Positions 12,110 to 22,238 of a stretch of 64,000 nt of DNA are shown here, one piece after another (within the stretch, counting starts at the first letter, position 1; each line of letters starts with the position of its first letter). Source of the DNA: Alphaproteobacteria bacterium (GTDB taxonomy: Bacteria > Pseudomonadota > Alphaproteobacteria > CACIAM-22H2); NCBI GenBank assembly GCA_016124335.1, contig WGNX01000009.1, positions 101,658-165,657 of the forward strand, in the 5' to 3' direction. Under the pieces are notes generated by a model. The model searched no databases and was not told the DNA's origin. It saw nothing but the letters and a program-made list of their open reading frames with translations. The position numbers were made by a program, and so were the translations under genes.

Positions 12110-13154
12110 TGTTTCCCTGCGTGCCGTCAGCAAGAACTATGGAAGCCATACGGCACTGCGGACGCTCGATCTCGACATCGCGCAGGGTGAATTCCTCACG
12201 CTGCTCGGGCCGTCGGGCTGCGGCAAGACGACGACGCTGCGCCTGATCGCCGGTTTCATCGATCCGACGGCAGGGCGCATCTATTTCGGGCGCGACGACG
12301 TGACCGATCTGCCACCGCAAAAGCGCGAGATCGGAATGGTGTTCCAAGACTATGCCCTGTTCCCGCATCTGACGATCGCCGACAATATCGGCTTCGCCCT
12401 TGTCGAGCGCGGCCGCAAACCGGCCGAGATCGAGAAGCGCGTGACAGAGCTTCTCAACCTCATCCGGCTTCCCGGTGCCGAAAACCGCTTTCCCGCGGAA
12501 CTGAGCGGCGGGCAGCAGCAGCGTATCGCCGTCGCGCGGGCGGTCGCGCATTCGCCGCGCGTGCTCTTGATGGACGAACCGCTCGGTGCCCTCGATCTCA
12601 AGCTGCGCGAGGCCATGCAGGCCGAGATCAGCGCCATCCAGCGCACGCTGCGCATCACGACGGTCTATGTCACTCACGACCAGAGCGAGGCGATGAGCAT
12701 GTCCGATCGCATCGCGGTGATGAACGACGGACGCATCGAACAGCTCGGCACGGCGGTCGATATCTACAACAGGCCCGCGTCGAGCTTCGTGGCGGGGTTC
12801 GTCGGGCAGATCAATCTCATCGCCGGCGAGGTCGCGGCGGGAGCCGTGGTCGCGGGCGGCCAGCGGATCCGCGTGAGTGGGTCCGTGCCGCCGTCTGGGG
12901 CCGTTACGCTCGGCATCCGCCCCGAACAGCTGCGCGTCGTGGAACCCGGCCTTATCGTAAGCGACGAATTCGACGCGCTGGACGGCATCGTCCGGTCGAC
13001 GATGTTCGCCGGCTCGGTCATCAAGGTCGAGGTCGATGCCGGCCTTTCCGCGCCGCTGCTGGTGGAAATGCATCCGGACGCACCCGCCGTCGCCGCCGGG
13101 GAGCGGGTGCGCATTTCGTGGCGCGTGACGAGCGCCACGATCCTGGCGAGTTGA
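12102..13154 (+). CDS. ABC transporter ATP-binding protein (PotA-like)
   Basis: [35 protein letters not shown]-terminal TOBE-like region. Confidence 0.94.
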   Translation: MSDVSLRAVSKNYGSHTALRTLDLDIAQGEFLTLLGPSGCGKTTTLRLIAGFIDPTAGRIYFGRDDVTDLPPQKREIGMVFQDYALFPHLTIADNIGFALVERGRKPAEIEKRVTELLNLIRLPGAENRFPAELSGGQQQRIAVARAVAHSPRVLLMDEPLGALDLKLREAMQAEISAIQRTLRITTVYVTHDQSEAMSMSDRIAVMNDGRIEQLGTAVDIYNRPASSFVAGFVGQINLIAGEVAAGAVVAGGQRIRVSGSVPPSGAVTLGIRPEQLRVVEPGLIVSDEFDALDGIVRSTMFAGSVIKVEVDAGLSAPLLVEMHPDAPAVAAGERVRISWRVTSATILAS

Positions 13155-13165
13155 AGGAGATCAAC

Positions 13166-14149
13166 GTGAAAACCGCCTCGGTCGGCATTCCTGTCGTTGA
13201 TATCGCCGCCTTCCGCGATGGCTCCGACAAGGCGAGCGTCGCAAAGTCGGTCGCGCGCGCCTGCGAGGAAGTCGGATTCTTCTGCATATCGGGCCACGGG
13301 ATCGAACCCGCCTTGACGCAGCGCGCTTTCGAGGTATCGCGCGCGTTCTTCGATCAGCCCACCGACATCAAGATGCGCGCGCGTCCGCAGGGCGAAGTCG
13401 CACCCCGTGGCTACGCGGCGATGGAATCGAAGGGTCTGGGTGCCACGCTCGGCCAGAACGTTCCCAAGGACCTGCGCGAACAGTTCATGCTGGGCACGCT
13501 CGATCCGATTGTCGCCAAGCTTGCCGACGTGCCGGAGGCCATCGGTTGCTACGCGCCGAACGTGTGGCCCGAAACGCCGACCGACTACCGTCCGGTCTTC
13601 ACGCGGCTCTACCGCGAATTCGAATCGCTGGCCGCCACGCTCATGCGGATTTTCGCGATCGGACTCGACCTGCCGGAGGATTATTTCGCCGACAAGATCG
13701 ACCATCATTTCAGCGTCCTCGGCTCGAACCACTATCCGCCGCTTTCCCAACCGCCGCTTCCCGGGCAACTGCGCACCGGCGAGCACACCGATTTCGGCAG
13801 CCTGACGATCCTGCTGCCGACCGCCGGGCCCGGCGGCCTTCAGGTGCGTCTTGCGGACGGAACGTGGACGGACGTCCAGCCGATTCCGGGCGCGCTCATC
13901 ATCAATATCGGCGACATGATGGCGCGCTGGACGAACGACCGGTGGCGCTCGACGCTGCACCGCGTTGCAAACCCACCTGAAGCCGCCGCCGCGATGAGCC
14001 GACGGCAGTCGATCGCCTTCTTCTGCCATCCGAACTACGACACCGAGATCCGCTGCATCGAAAGCTGCACAGGGCCAGGACGCCCGGCACTTTATCCGCC
14101 AATTCTCGCCGGCGAGCACATGCGCATGAAAATGGTGAAACGGCTTTGA
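13166..14149 (+). CDS. 2-oxoglutarate/Fe(II) oxygenase, isopenicillin N synthase family
   Basis: IPVVDI, ACEEVGFF, HTDFGSLT (HxD), STLHRV, RQS; GTG start after GAAGGAG. Confidence 0.92.
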   Translation: MKTASVGIPVVDIAAFRDGSDKASVAKSVARACEEVGFFCISGHGIEPALTQRAFEVSRAFFDQPTDIKMRARPQGEVAPRGYAAMESKGLGATLGQNVPKDLREQFMLGTLDPIVAKLADVPEAIGCYAPNVWPETPTDYRPVFTRLYREFESLAATLMRIFAIGLDLPEDYFADKIDHHFSVLGSNHYPPLSQPPLPGQLRTGEHTDFGSLTILLPTAGPGGLQVRLADGTWTDVQPIPGALIINIGDMMARWTNDRWRSTLHRVANPPEAAAAMSRRQSIAFFCHPNYDTEIRCIESCTGPGRPALYPPILAGEHMRMKMVKRL

Positions 14150-15528
14150 GCCTCGGCGAGGACATCGCGCGCTGGTCGGCGTCGCTTCGGTTCGAGGATC
14201 TTCCCGCGGCGGTGGTCGCGGATTGCCGCCTGCGGCTTCTCGATACGCTGGGCGTGGCGATCGCGGCGGTCGATCTGCCGATCGGCATGGCGGCCCGCAA
14301 CGCGGGCGCCGCGCTCGGCGGCGGCGACGAGGCGACCATTCTTGGCGACGGAACGCGCAACACGGCTGCGAATGCGGCACTTGTCAACGGCACTCTCGCA
14401 CATGCGATGGATTTCGACGACACGCACAACGAATCGGTCATGCATCCAAGCGCGCCAAGCGTTGCGGCGGCACTGGCCGGTGCCGAAGCATGCGGGGCCG
14501 ACGGCCGCGAACTGATCGTCGCGATCGCGATCGGAAACGAACTCGGATGCCGCTTTGGCCTCATTTCGCCGGGTGCGTTCCATGGCGTCGGCATTCATCC
14601 GACAAGCGCGCTCGGCATGCCGGCCGCCACGGCGGCGGTCGGACGGCTGTGGCGGTTGACGGCTGAAGAGACCGTTTGCGCCTTCGGGATATCGGCAAGT
14701 CAGGCTTCCGGCGTGCTGGAAGCCTATGCGGACGGAACCTGGTCGAAGACGCTGCATCCGGGCTGGGCCGCACACGCCGCGATCGTCGCCTGCCGCCTTG
14801 CGCAGGCTGGCTTCACCGGCCCCGCGAGCGCCTTCGAAGGTCGCTATGGTCTCTATCGGGCGCTTTTGCCCGCAGATACGAAATTCGATTTCGCCGCAGG
14901 GACGCGCGATCTCGGTTCGATCTGGGTCGCTCCGCAGACCGCCTTCAAGCTTTACCCGTGCGCCCACTCGATCCATGCATTCGTCGAAGGGGCTCTCGAC
15001 CTTCGGCGGCGCCACGCGATCGATCCGGCGCGGATTTCGGCCATCGAACTCGATGTTCCGGCCGAATTCGCCGGGCAGATATCCGAGCCGCGCGACGCCA
15101 AGATTGCGCCGCGCACCTCGACGCACGCCCGCGCGAGCCTTTTTTATGCCGTTGCCGCCGCGATCGTGGACGGCGCGCTCGGCAACGCCCATTACGAGGG
15201 CCGGGAATTCGAGCGACCTGACGTGCTGGCGATGGCGCGCAGGGCGATTGCGAAGACGGTACCGACCGGCGACGCGATCCGTTTTTCGGGCGGCGTGCGC
15301 ATCCGTCTCGTCGACGGCACGATGCACGAAACCTTCGTGGCCGAAGCTGACGGGACGGGCTCGCGCCTGCTGGACGAGACGCGCGTGCTGGCGAAGTTCA
15401 TGGCCTGCGCTTCACCGGTTCTCGGGCCAACCGGCGCCGAACGGCTCGCGGCATTGGCATTGTCGGCGGAAAAGCTGCGTGCCGTGCGCGAACTTGCCGT
15501 AGCGACGGCGCCTGGCAGGACCGCATGA
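14146..15528 (+). CDS. MmgE/PrpD family protein
   Basis: AALVNGTLAHAMDFDDTH, KTLHPGWAA, FEGRYGLY, FKLYPCAH. Confidence 0.92.
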   Translation: MSLGEDIARWSASLRFEDLPAAVVADCRLRLLDTLGVAIAAVDLPIGMAARNAGAALGGGDEATILGDGTRNTAANAALVNGTLAHAMDFDDTHNESVMHPSAPSVAAALAGAEACGADGRELIVAIAIGNELGCRFGLISPGAFHGVGIHPTSALGMPAATAAVGRLWRLTAEETVCAFGISASQASGVLEAYADGTWSKTLHPGWAAHAAIVACRLAQAGFTGPASAFEGRYGLYRALLPADTKFDFAAGTRDLGSIWVAPQTAFKLYPCAHSIHAFVEGALDLRRRHAIDPARISAIELDVPAEFAGQISEPRDAKIAPRTSTHARASLFYAVAAAIVDGALGNAHYEGREFERPDVLAMARRAIAKTVPTGDAIRFSGGVRIRLVDGTMHETFVAEADGTGSRLLDETRVLAKFMACASPVLGPTGAERLAALALSAEKLRAVRELAVATAPGRTA

Positions 15529-16010
15529 CGGGCCATCGCATCATTCGTGCCGAACCGCTCGACGAACCGGCGTTTCGCGCGTTCGGCTTCATCCTCGACG
15601 TGCCGTGCGACGGCAGGCGGACCGGGCCGGTCCCGGTCATCGCCGACCGACGCCCTTCCGCCACGATTACGGCAAATCTCATCGATCTGCCTGCACAAAA
15701 CGGCCGCCGCACGGTTTCACAGGTCGAGCGACACCTGCATGGCGCGCAGTTCTTCCTGCACTTGTCCGGCGGCCCGGTATCGTTGGTGGTGTTTCCCGCG
15801 GATTCCGGCGGTCGCGCCGACCTTGCGCGCGCATGCGCCTTCGTTGCCGCGCCGGGTCAGGCGTTCGGATATCATCCCGGCACGTGGCATGCGGGCGTTG
15901 CCGCCCTTTCCGAGCGCGCGGCGGTCGCCTCGCTTCTCGCCCGCGACGGCACCGCAGGCGATGTCGAGGAAGCGATGCTTGCCGAACCGATCGAGGTGGA
16001 CTGGACATGA
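15525..16010 (+). CDS. Ureidoglycolate lyase-like cupin (AllA family)
   Basis: AEPLDEPAFRAFG start, VERH..GAQFF, YHPGTWH. Confidence 0.8.
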   Translation: MTGHRIIRAEPLDEPAFRAFGFILDVPCDGRRTGPVPVIADRRPSATITANLIDLPAQNGRRTVSQVERHLHGAQFFLHLSGGPVSLVVFPADSGGRADLARACAFVAAPGQAFGYHPGTWHAGVAALSERAAVASLLARDGTAGDVEEAMLAEPIEVDWT

Positions 16011-16924
16011 GCGAGCCCCCCTATCCGCGCGATCTTGTCGGCTACGGCCGGAACCGGCCTGACCCGCGCTGGCCCGGCCGGGCGCGCCTCGCGCTCAATT
16101 TCGTCCTCAACTACGAGGAAGGCTCGGAATATTCGATCCCCGATGGCGACGGCGCGTCGGAAACCCAGTTGCTTGAGGCGACGCCGTCGATGCCGCCCGG
16201 CGTGCGCGACATGAATGCGGAATCGATCTACGAATACGGCAGCCGCGTCGGTTTCTGGCGGCTCATCGACATTCTCGGCGAATTCGGCGCGACCGCGACG
16301 GTCTTCGGCTGCGCGCTGGCGCTCGAGCGAAATCCGCAGGCGGCCGCCGCGATCAAGGCCGCCGGCTTCGACGTTTGCAGTCACGGATGGCGATGGATCA
16401 AGCACTGGCTGTTGAAGCCCGAGGAGGAAGCCGAGCACATCAGGCGTGCGGTCGCCTCGCTTTCAAAGAGCTTCGGCGAGCGGCCGCTGGGCTGGTATTG
16501 CCGCACGGGCCCGAGCGTCAACACGCGCAAGCTCGTCGTGGAAGAAGGTGGCTTCCTTTATGACAGCGACTCCTACGCCGACGAGCTTCCCTACTGGGAC
16601 ACAAGCCACGGCCGGCCGCATCTCGTCATCCCCTATTCGGTCGACACGAACGACACGAAATTCGCGAACCCCGCCGGCTTCGGCAACGGCGACGAATTCT
16701 TCGCCTATCTCAAGGACAGTTTCGACTGCCTTTACCGCGAGGGTGCAAGACACCCGGGCATGATGTCGGTCGGCCTGCATATGCGCCTCGCCGGCAGGCC
16801 GGGGCGCGCCGAAGCTTTCCGCCGCTTTCTGGACTACGTGAAGCGACACGACGGCGTCTGGATCTGCCGACGCGCCGACATTGCCCGCCACTGGATCGCG
16901 ACGCATCCCTGCAAGCCCACGTGA
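16007..16924 (+). CDS. puuE: Allantoinase PuuE-type polysaccharide deacetylase-fold hydrolase
   Basis: YPRDLVGYG, NYEEGSE, ESIYEYGSRVG, SHGWRW, YDSDSYADELPYW, MMSVGLHMRLAGRPGR. Confidence 0.9.
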   Translation: MSEPPYPRDLVGYGRNRPDPRWPGRARLALNFVLNYEEGSEYSIPDGDGASETQLLEATPSMPPGVRDMNAESIYEYGSRVGFWRLIDILGEFGATATVFGCALALERNPQAAAAIKAAGFDVCSHGWRWIKHWLLKPEEEAEHIRRAVASLSKSFGERPLGWYCRTGPSVNTRKLVVEEGGFLYDSDSYADELPYWDTSHGRPHLVIPYSVDTNDTKFANPAGFGNGDEFFAYLKDSFDCLYREGARHPGMMSVGLHMRLAGRPGRAEAFRRFLDYVKRHDGVWICRRADIARHWIATHPCKPT

Positions 16925-16931
16925 GGAAACG

Positions 16932-18284
16932 ATGACCGAAGATACCCGTTGGGCCCGCCGCCCCTTGAGCGGCTACGACGTGCGGCTTCCCGTCGCCGAG
17001 GACGCCGAACTAACGCATGTCGATCCCGGCACGCCGGGAGGCGAATATCTGCGCCGCTTCTGGACGCCTGTCGCCATGACCACACAACTTGGCGCCCGCC
17101 CCGTGCCGATCCGGATCTTCGGGGAAGACCTCGTGATCTTCCGCGACGGCGCCGGCCGCATCGGTCTGCTGCATCGGCATTGCGCGCATCGCCGCGCGTC
17201 GCTGGAGTTCGGCCGTATCGAAGAACGCGGCATCCGCTGCTGCTATCACGGCTGGCACTTCGACGTGGACGGAACGATCCTTGAAACGCCCGGCGAACCG
17301 CCGACGAGCAAGATCTGCGGATCCATATGCCAGCCCGCCTACCCGGTTCGCGAATTGAAAGGTCTCGTCTTCGCGTACATGGGGCCGCCCGGCGAAATCC
17401 CGGCTTTTCCCTATCTCGACTCATTCGATCTGCCGGATCACGAACTGATCCCCTATTCCATCCATTCGCCCTGCAACTGGTTGCAGGAGACCGAAAACGC
17501 GATCGATCCCTTCCACTCCGTCTTCCTGCACGGGCGGGTGAACGGGCCGCAGTTTCCGGGCCTCGAGCATTTCGTTGAATTGCCGGTCGTCAATTATTCG
17601 CGGCGCGATGCCGGCATCGTCTACAGCCATGCGCGGCGCGTGGGCGATCTCGTGATGCTGCGTTTCCACGACTACCTGATGCCCAACCTCGCCCAGAACG
17701 GCGGCATGTTCCAGAAGCTGGAAAAGCCGAAATTCTTCGGCCGCACGAGCCTGACGAAGTGGGTCGTGCCGGTCGACAACACGAACAGCCGCAAGTTCGG
17801 CTGGCGGCATTTCAACGACAAGGACGAGGTGCTGCGGCAGGGCAAGCGCGACGAGGTCGGCTGGGAAACGGTCGATTTCTATGGCCAGACCGCGCACCGC
17901 TCCTACGAGGAAAGGCAGGGCAATCCCGGCGACTGGGACGTTTGGGTGAGCCAGGGACCCATCGCCGTCCATGGGCGCGAATATCTCGGCAAGACCGACG
18001 AGGGGATCGCGATGCTGCGCCGGAAGCTGCGCCGCGATATTCGCGCGGTCGCCGCGGGCGAGAAGATCGCGCAGGTCGGCGGTACGCCGGAGAATCCCTA
18101 TCCCACATATGGTGGAGATACGGTGCTACGGGTCGCCAAGTCGAACGACGACGAGGCACTGATGCGCGGGCTCCAGCAACAGGTGGCCGAAATCTATTTC
18201 GCCGCCGACGGCCTGAAGGGCGAAGAGCGGAGCGCGCGTATCAAGGCGGATCTCAAAGCGAAGTTCCCGGACTCCGCTGGTTAG
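16932..18284 (+). CDS. Rieske non-heme iron oxygenase alpha subunit (phthalate 4,5-dioxygenase/LigX-like)
   Basis: PGTPGGEYLRRFW, Rieske CAH..CCYHGW, mononuclear-Fe ENAIDPFHSVFLH. Confidence 0.9.
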   Translation: MTEDTRWARRPLSGYDVRLPVAEDAELTHVDPGTPGGEYLRRFWTPVAMTTQLGARPVPIRIFGEDLVIFRDGAGRIGLLHRHCAHRRASLEFGRIEERGIRCCYHGWHFDVDGTILETPGEPPTSKICGSICQPAYPVRELKGLVFAYMGPPGEIPAFPYLDSFDLPDHELIPYSIHSPCNWLQETENAIDPFHSVFLHGRVNGPQFPGLEHFVELPVVNYSRRDAGIVYSHARRVGDLVMLRFHDYLMPNLAQNGGMFQKLEKPKFFGRTSLTKWVVPVDNTNSRKFGWRHFNDKDEVLRQGKRDEVGWETVDFYGQTAHRSYEERQGNPGDWDVWVSQGPIAVHGREYLGKTDEGIAMLRRKLRRDIRAVAAGEKIAQVGGTPENPYPTYGGDTVLRVAKSNDDEALMRGLQQQVAEIYFAADGLKGEERSARIKADLKAKFPDSAG

Positions 18285-18325
18285 CTTCTTCGGTTGCCCG
18301 CTCGAAACGACCCGGCAACCGGGCG

Positions 18326-19072
18326 TCAGACGACGCTGCGCCTCGGCAACGGAATATGTTCGATGGGCGTATCGCCGAAACGTTCGTAACCTTCGGCGAG
18401 TGCAAGCTCCTTCGCCACGATCATGCCGTCGCCCTGGATGCCATGGGTCGGATCGAGCATTCGCCGCCCCTTCGTTCCGGGCGGATCGAACGTCCACTCC
18501 TGGAAACCGAGAATGTAGAAATTCAGCATCACCGCCGGCTTGCCGTCGGCGCAGAACCAGTGGGCATTCTTCGAAACCTCCGTCGTCTCGAACCTGTCGC
18601 CGATGCCAAACCACCTGTCGGTGCGCGTACGCAGCAGGATCGTGTCCGGCCCGAGCCGCGCCACGCGATCCCACTCGCGCGCATAGACCCGGCCGTGGAG
18701 AACGACCTGCGTGGAGATCAGGTTGTGATGGCAGTGCGGCGGATGGACTTCGTTCGGCTCGAGATAGAGAAGCTGCATGGTCCACGAGCGCTCGGGTGTG
18801 GTCTTCTGGTTGAGGATCTGATCCTTGCGTTCGGCGAGCGCGCGCTCGATCCACGGCCTGAGCTCGTCCGTCAGATCGAGCGAGTGATGCAGATCGCGGA
18901 TTCGGTCGATGTATTCATCCGGCGTGATCTCGTGCCTGGCGAGACGCTCGATCTGGGCCTGCGCATCCGCCCAAAGACGTTCATGATAGGAGTCGATATC
19001 GGGCAGGATGGCGCCAGCCCGGGTATTCATCTTTACGATCTTCCCCGAAGCGGTCTTGATCTCGCCGGCCAT
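18326..19072 (-). CDS. Cupin, putative 3-His thiol dioxygenase (PCO/ADO-like)
   Basis: HPPHCHHNL...VLHGRVYAREWD...KNAHWF; RBS GAGAGGAG. Confidence 0.65.
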   Translation of the reverse strand: MAGEIKTASGKIVKMNTRAGAILPDIDSYHERLWADAQAQIERLARHEITPDEYIDRIRDLHHSLDLTDELRPWIERALAERKDQILNQKTTPERSWTMQLLYLEPNEVHPPHCHHNLISTQVVLHGRVYAREWDRVARLGPDTILLRTRTDRWFGIGDRFETTEVSKNAHWFCADGKPAVMLNFYILGFQEWTFDPPGTKGRRMLDPTHGIQGDGMIVAKELALAEGYERFGDTPIEHIPLPRRSVV

Positions 19073-19085
19073 CTTCCGTCTCCTC

Positions 19086-20309
19086 TCAGCGCGCGCTGCC
19101 GCCGACCATCGTGTCAACGAGCATGTTCTGGAAGTGATGGACGTTCTTTTCCCAGACGGGGGAAAAGACGACCTTGTCGGCGACCGGTGACTGGCGCGCG
19201 ATCTGCTGCTGCTCCCAGATCTTCATGTCCTGGCTGCGGATGCCGCCATAGTCGCGAAGCTTGCCGGTCTCGCCGAGCCAGCGTGAGAGCGTGCGCTTGC
19301 GCTGGCTGGCGAACTCCGGCGCAGTCGCCGCTTCGCCGACGAAGAAGAAGCCCATTTTCGACACCGTCCTGTCGGCGGCCACGGGATCGGCGATCACGGA
19401 GGCGAGGTGATCGGATTGCAGCGTCAGCGTCATGTTCGGGAAGACCACGCTCGTGCAGCGGACGCGCTTCTTGCCTTCCGGGAACGGGATGGCCGGCAGA
19501 TCGCCCACGGCCGGATAGAAGTCCTGGTCGCCGCGCCGCTTGAGCGTCACGACGGTGCCAAGCGGGATCGGCTCGGCAACCGGCTGGCCGGTCTCCATGT
19601 CGAGATCGTCCGACATTTTCGTGAAGACGTTCTTGTGGACCCAGACGTGGTGATAGGTCTCCCAGTTGTCGTTCTGCATTTTCCAGTTTCCGCTCCACGC
19701 CCAATCCTCGCGGTGGGCGATGCGCGTGGCGCCGAGATCGGCGCCCTGGATGAGTTCCTCGAGCGGGCGCACATGCTCTTCGAAGGTCGGCGCGTTGCCA
19801 TCGATATTGATGAAGACCCAATGGTGCCAGACCGCCGTGCGCACGGGTACGAGCCCGAGTTCGCCCAGATCGAGATTCGTGCGCTCGTTACCGCCCTTCG
19901 TGCCGTCGAAATACGGCGTCGACTTGAGCCTGCCGTCGAGATCGTAGGCCCATGCATGATAAGGGCACGAGAACTGCTTCAGATTTGAGCAGGGTTCGGT
20001 CACCATCATGGCGGCACGATGCCGGCAGACATTGTGAAAGACGCGGATCGTTCCGGCCCGGTCGCGAACGAGGATGAGCGGCAATCCGGCGGCCATGAGC
20101 GGGATTGCATCACCGGGATTGGGCACGTCGCTCGCGAAAGCGAGGCACATCCACGTGCGCGCGAACAGTTTCTTCTGTTCGAGGCGGAAAAACGCGTCGC
20201 TGGTATAGGCAAGCGCCGGCAATCCGCAAGCTTCGCCAATCGGTTTGCGAAGTCTGTCGATCGCTTCGGCACCGAGAATTTCGGCTACCGTCGATTCCGC
20301 AAGCGCCAT
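19086..20309 (-). CDS. Rieske oxygenase alpha subunit (choline/carnitine monooxygenase-like group)
   Basis: NVCRHR...CPYHAWAY, NWKMQNDNWETYHHVWVH, C-terminal SQD. Confidence 0.9.
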   Translation of the reverse strand: MALAESTVAEILGAEAIDRLRKPIGEACGLPALAYTSDAFFRLEQKKLFARTWMCLAFASDVPNPGDAIPLMAAGLPLILVRDRAGTIRVFHNVCRHRAAMMVTEPCSNLKQFSCPYHAWAYDLDGRLKSTPYFDGTKGGNERTNLDLGELGLVPVRTAVWHHWVFINIDGNAPTFEEHVRPLEELIQGADLGATRIAHREDWAWSGNWKMQNDNWETYHHVWVHKNVFTKMSDDLDMETGQPVAEPIPLGTVVTLKRRGDQDFYPAVGDLPAIPFPEGKKRVRCTSVVFPNMTLTLQSDHLASVIADPVAADRTVSKMGFFFVGEAATAPEFASQRKRTLSRWLGETGKLRDYGGIRSQDMKIWEQQQIARQSPVADKVVFSPVWEKNVHHFQNMLVDTMVGGSAR

Positions 20310-20515
20310 CAGCCGCCTCCCGCGAGGTGATCGAACCCGCGGATACTATGCCAAAATCAGACCAACCCTATTTACATTTCATCGCGCGCCGCACCCGTCG
20401 AATTCCGGTGCCGGTGGTCCGCGAATTGCTCATGATGGCCGTTAACCTGCGGCACCGACACCCCCGAGATCGGACCGATGCAGAATTTGGAACAACATAT
20501 CCGGAACAAGACGGC

Positions 20516-21370
20516 ATGAAGGCGCGGTGGCAACTCGTGCTGCTGCCCTCGCTGCTGCTCTCGATGCTGCTGCTCGCGGCATCGCAGTTCGCCTTTCTGC
20601 GTGGCAGCTTCTTCAAGGACCTCCGGCTCGGTCGGCTCGGCGCGGACCTGACGATCGAGAACTATGTCCGCTTCTTCACCGACAGCCTCTATCTCGACTC
20701 GCTGCTTCTGACGGTCCGGCTGTCCGCGACGGTGGCATTGCTCACGCTCGTCATCGGATATCCAGTCGCCTACATCCTGGCGCGCATGCGCTCGCGCTGG
20801 TCGCTCGTGCTGCTTGCCGCGATCATCGCGGCGTCGTTCATCACGATCGTGATCAAGGTCCTGGGACTAATCATCATCTTTTCGAGCGGCGGCACGCTGA
20901 ACCGGCTTCTTCTCGCATCGGGCCTGATTGCCAAGCCGCTCACGATCATGGGGCAGACATCGGGCGTCGTCGTCGGCCTCATGCACTTCACGATGGGATT
21001 CGCGGTCCTGCTCCTCTACGGGGTCGTGCGTACAATCCCCCGCTCGCTCGAAGAGGCGGCGGAAGTTCACGGCGCGCCGCGCTGGCGCGTCTTCCAGCGG
21101 ATCATCATCCCGCTGAGCCTGCCCGGGATCGCGGTCACGTTCCTCATCGTCTTCAACCTGTGCATGGGGGCTTTCACGTCGGCGGCGCTCATCGGCGGGG
21201 GCAAGGTGTTCACGCTTCCGGTCCTGATCCAGCAGACCGTGATCATGCAGACGCGCTATGCGATGGGTGCGACGATCTCGGTCGTCCTTATGGTCGTCAC
21301 GCTGCTCATCAACGCGCTGTCGGTCGTGCTGATGGCGCGCCTTGACCGGCGAAAGACGGCCGTCGCATGA
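20516..21370 (+). CDS. ABC transporter permease (PotB-like)
   Basis: Multiple TM segments, IGYPVAY, EAA loop SLEEAAEVHGA. Confidence 0.92.
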   Translation: MKARWQLVLLPSLLLSMLLLAASQFAFLRGSFFKDLRLGRLGADLTIENYVRFFTDSLYLDSLLLTVRLSATVALLTLVIGYPVAYILARMRSRWSLVLLAAIIAASFITIVIKVLGLIIIFSSGGTLNRLLLASGLIAKPLTIMGQTSGVVVGLMHFTMGFAVLLLYGVVRTIPRSLEEAAEVHGAPRWRVFQRIIIPLSLPGIAVTFLIVFNLCMGAFTSAALIGGGKVFTLPVLIQQTVIMQTRYAMGATISVVLMVVTLLINALSVVLMARLDRRKTAVA

Positions 21371-22206
21371 GCGCGCGCTCCCCCGCCGTGCGGTTGCGCC
21401 GCGCTGCCGCGGCGACATGGGTCGGACTCGCCTTCGCGTTCCTTTTCGCGCCGCTGGTCGTCGTGATCGGCGCCTCGCTCGACGGCGGGGAGCGCACGTT
21501 CCTCAATTTCCCGCCGCAACACCCCTCCCTCCACTGGTACACGCGCATATCGCCGGACCTGTTCGAGGCGCTCGGCATCAGCATCGTGCTGGGACTGACA
21601 ACGGCGTTCATCGCGTGCCTTCTCGGCGTGCCGGCGGCGCTGGGGCTTGTCCGCGCGCAGTTCCGTGGCAAGGCGATCGTCGCCGCCCTCTTCCGTGCTC
21701 CGCTGCAGATCCCGGCTGTCGTCGTCGGCGTGTCGTTCCTGAAACTCTACTATTCGATCGGCGGCGCAACGGACACATACCTCGGCGGCACACTGGCTGG
21801 CCTCGTGATCGCGCACGTCTTCCTCGCCACACCTTATGTGATAGGAACGGTGTCGGCGGTCCTCCAGCGTTTCAATCTTCGCCTCGAGGAGGCCGCGCTG
21901 AGCCTGGGGGCAACGCGCTGGCGCACGTTCCGGCGCGTGACGCTGCCGGTGATCATGCCGGGCGTCTATGCGGGCGGGATGTACGCCTTTCTCATTTCCT
22001 TCGGCGACGTGCCGGTCTCGCTCTTCCTCGGGGCGGGCGACATGCAGCCCTTCGCGGCCAAGATATTCCATCTCATGGAGTTCGATTTCGACCCCACGCT
22101 GCTGGCGATCTCGACCCTCATCATCTTCGGGTCGCTCGGCGCGATCTATCTGCTGCAGCGCGCCGTCGGGCTCGAGACGCTCAGCCGTTCGGGCGGCGGA
22201 AACTGA
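21367..22206 (+). CDS. ABC transporter permease (PotC-like)
   Basis: TM segments, LEEAALSLGATRWRTFRRVTLP. Confidence 0.93.
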   Translation: MSARSPAVRLRRAAAATWVGLAFAFLFAPLVVVIGASLDGGERTFLNFPPQHPSLHWYTRISPDLFEALGISIVLGLTTAFIACLLGVPAALGLVRAQFRGKAIVAALFRAPLQIPAVVVGVSFLKLYYSIGGATDTYLGGTLAGLVIAHVFLATPYVIGTVSAVLQRFNLRLEEAALSLGATRWRTFRRVTLPVIMPGVYAGGMYAFLISFGDVPVSLFLGAGDMQPFAAKIFHLMEFDFDPTLLAISTLIIFGSLGAIYLLQRAVGLETLSRSGGGN

Positions 22207-22238
22207 CCGATCAATCACACGACAACAGGAGGCATGCG

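Noticed and set aside
9488..12133. Long antisense and alternative-frame ORFs (e.g. 881 aa here; 5147-6841; 58104-60056; 49878-52118)
   Set aside because: They shadow well-supported genes, are Arg/Ala/Gly-rich without motifs, and are expected from high-GC codon bias.
13166..14149. Beta-lactam or other secondary-metabolite biosynthesis by IPNS-like genes
   Set aside because: No NRPS/PKS present; the context is uptake and catabolism.
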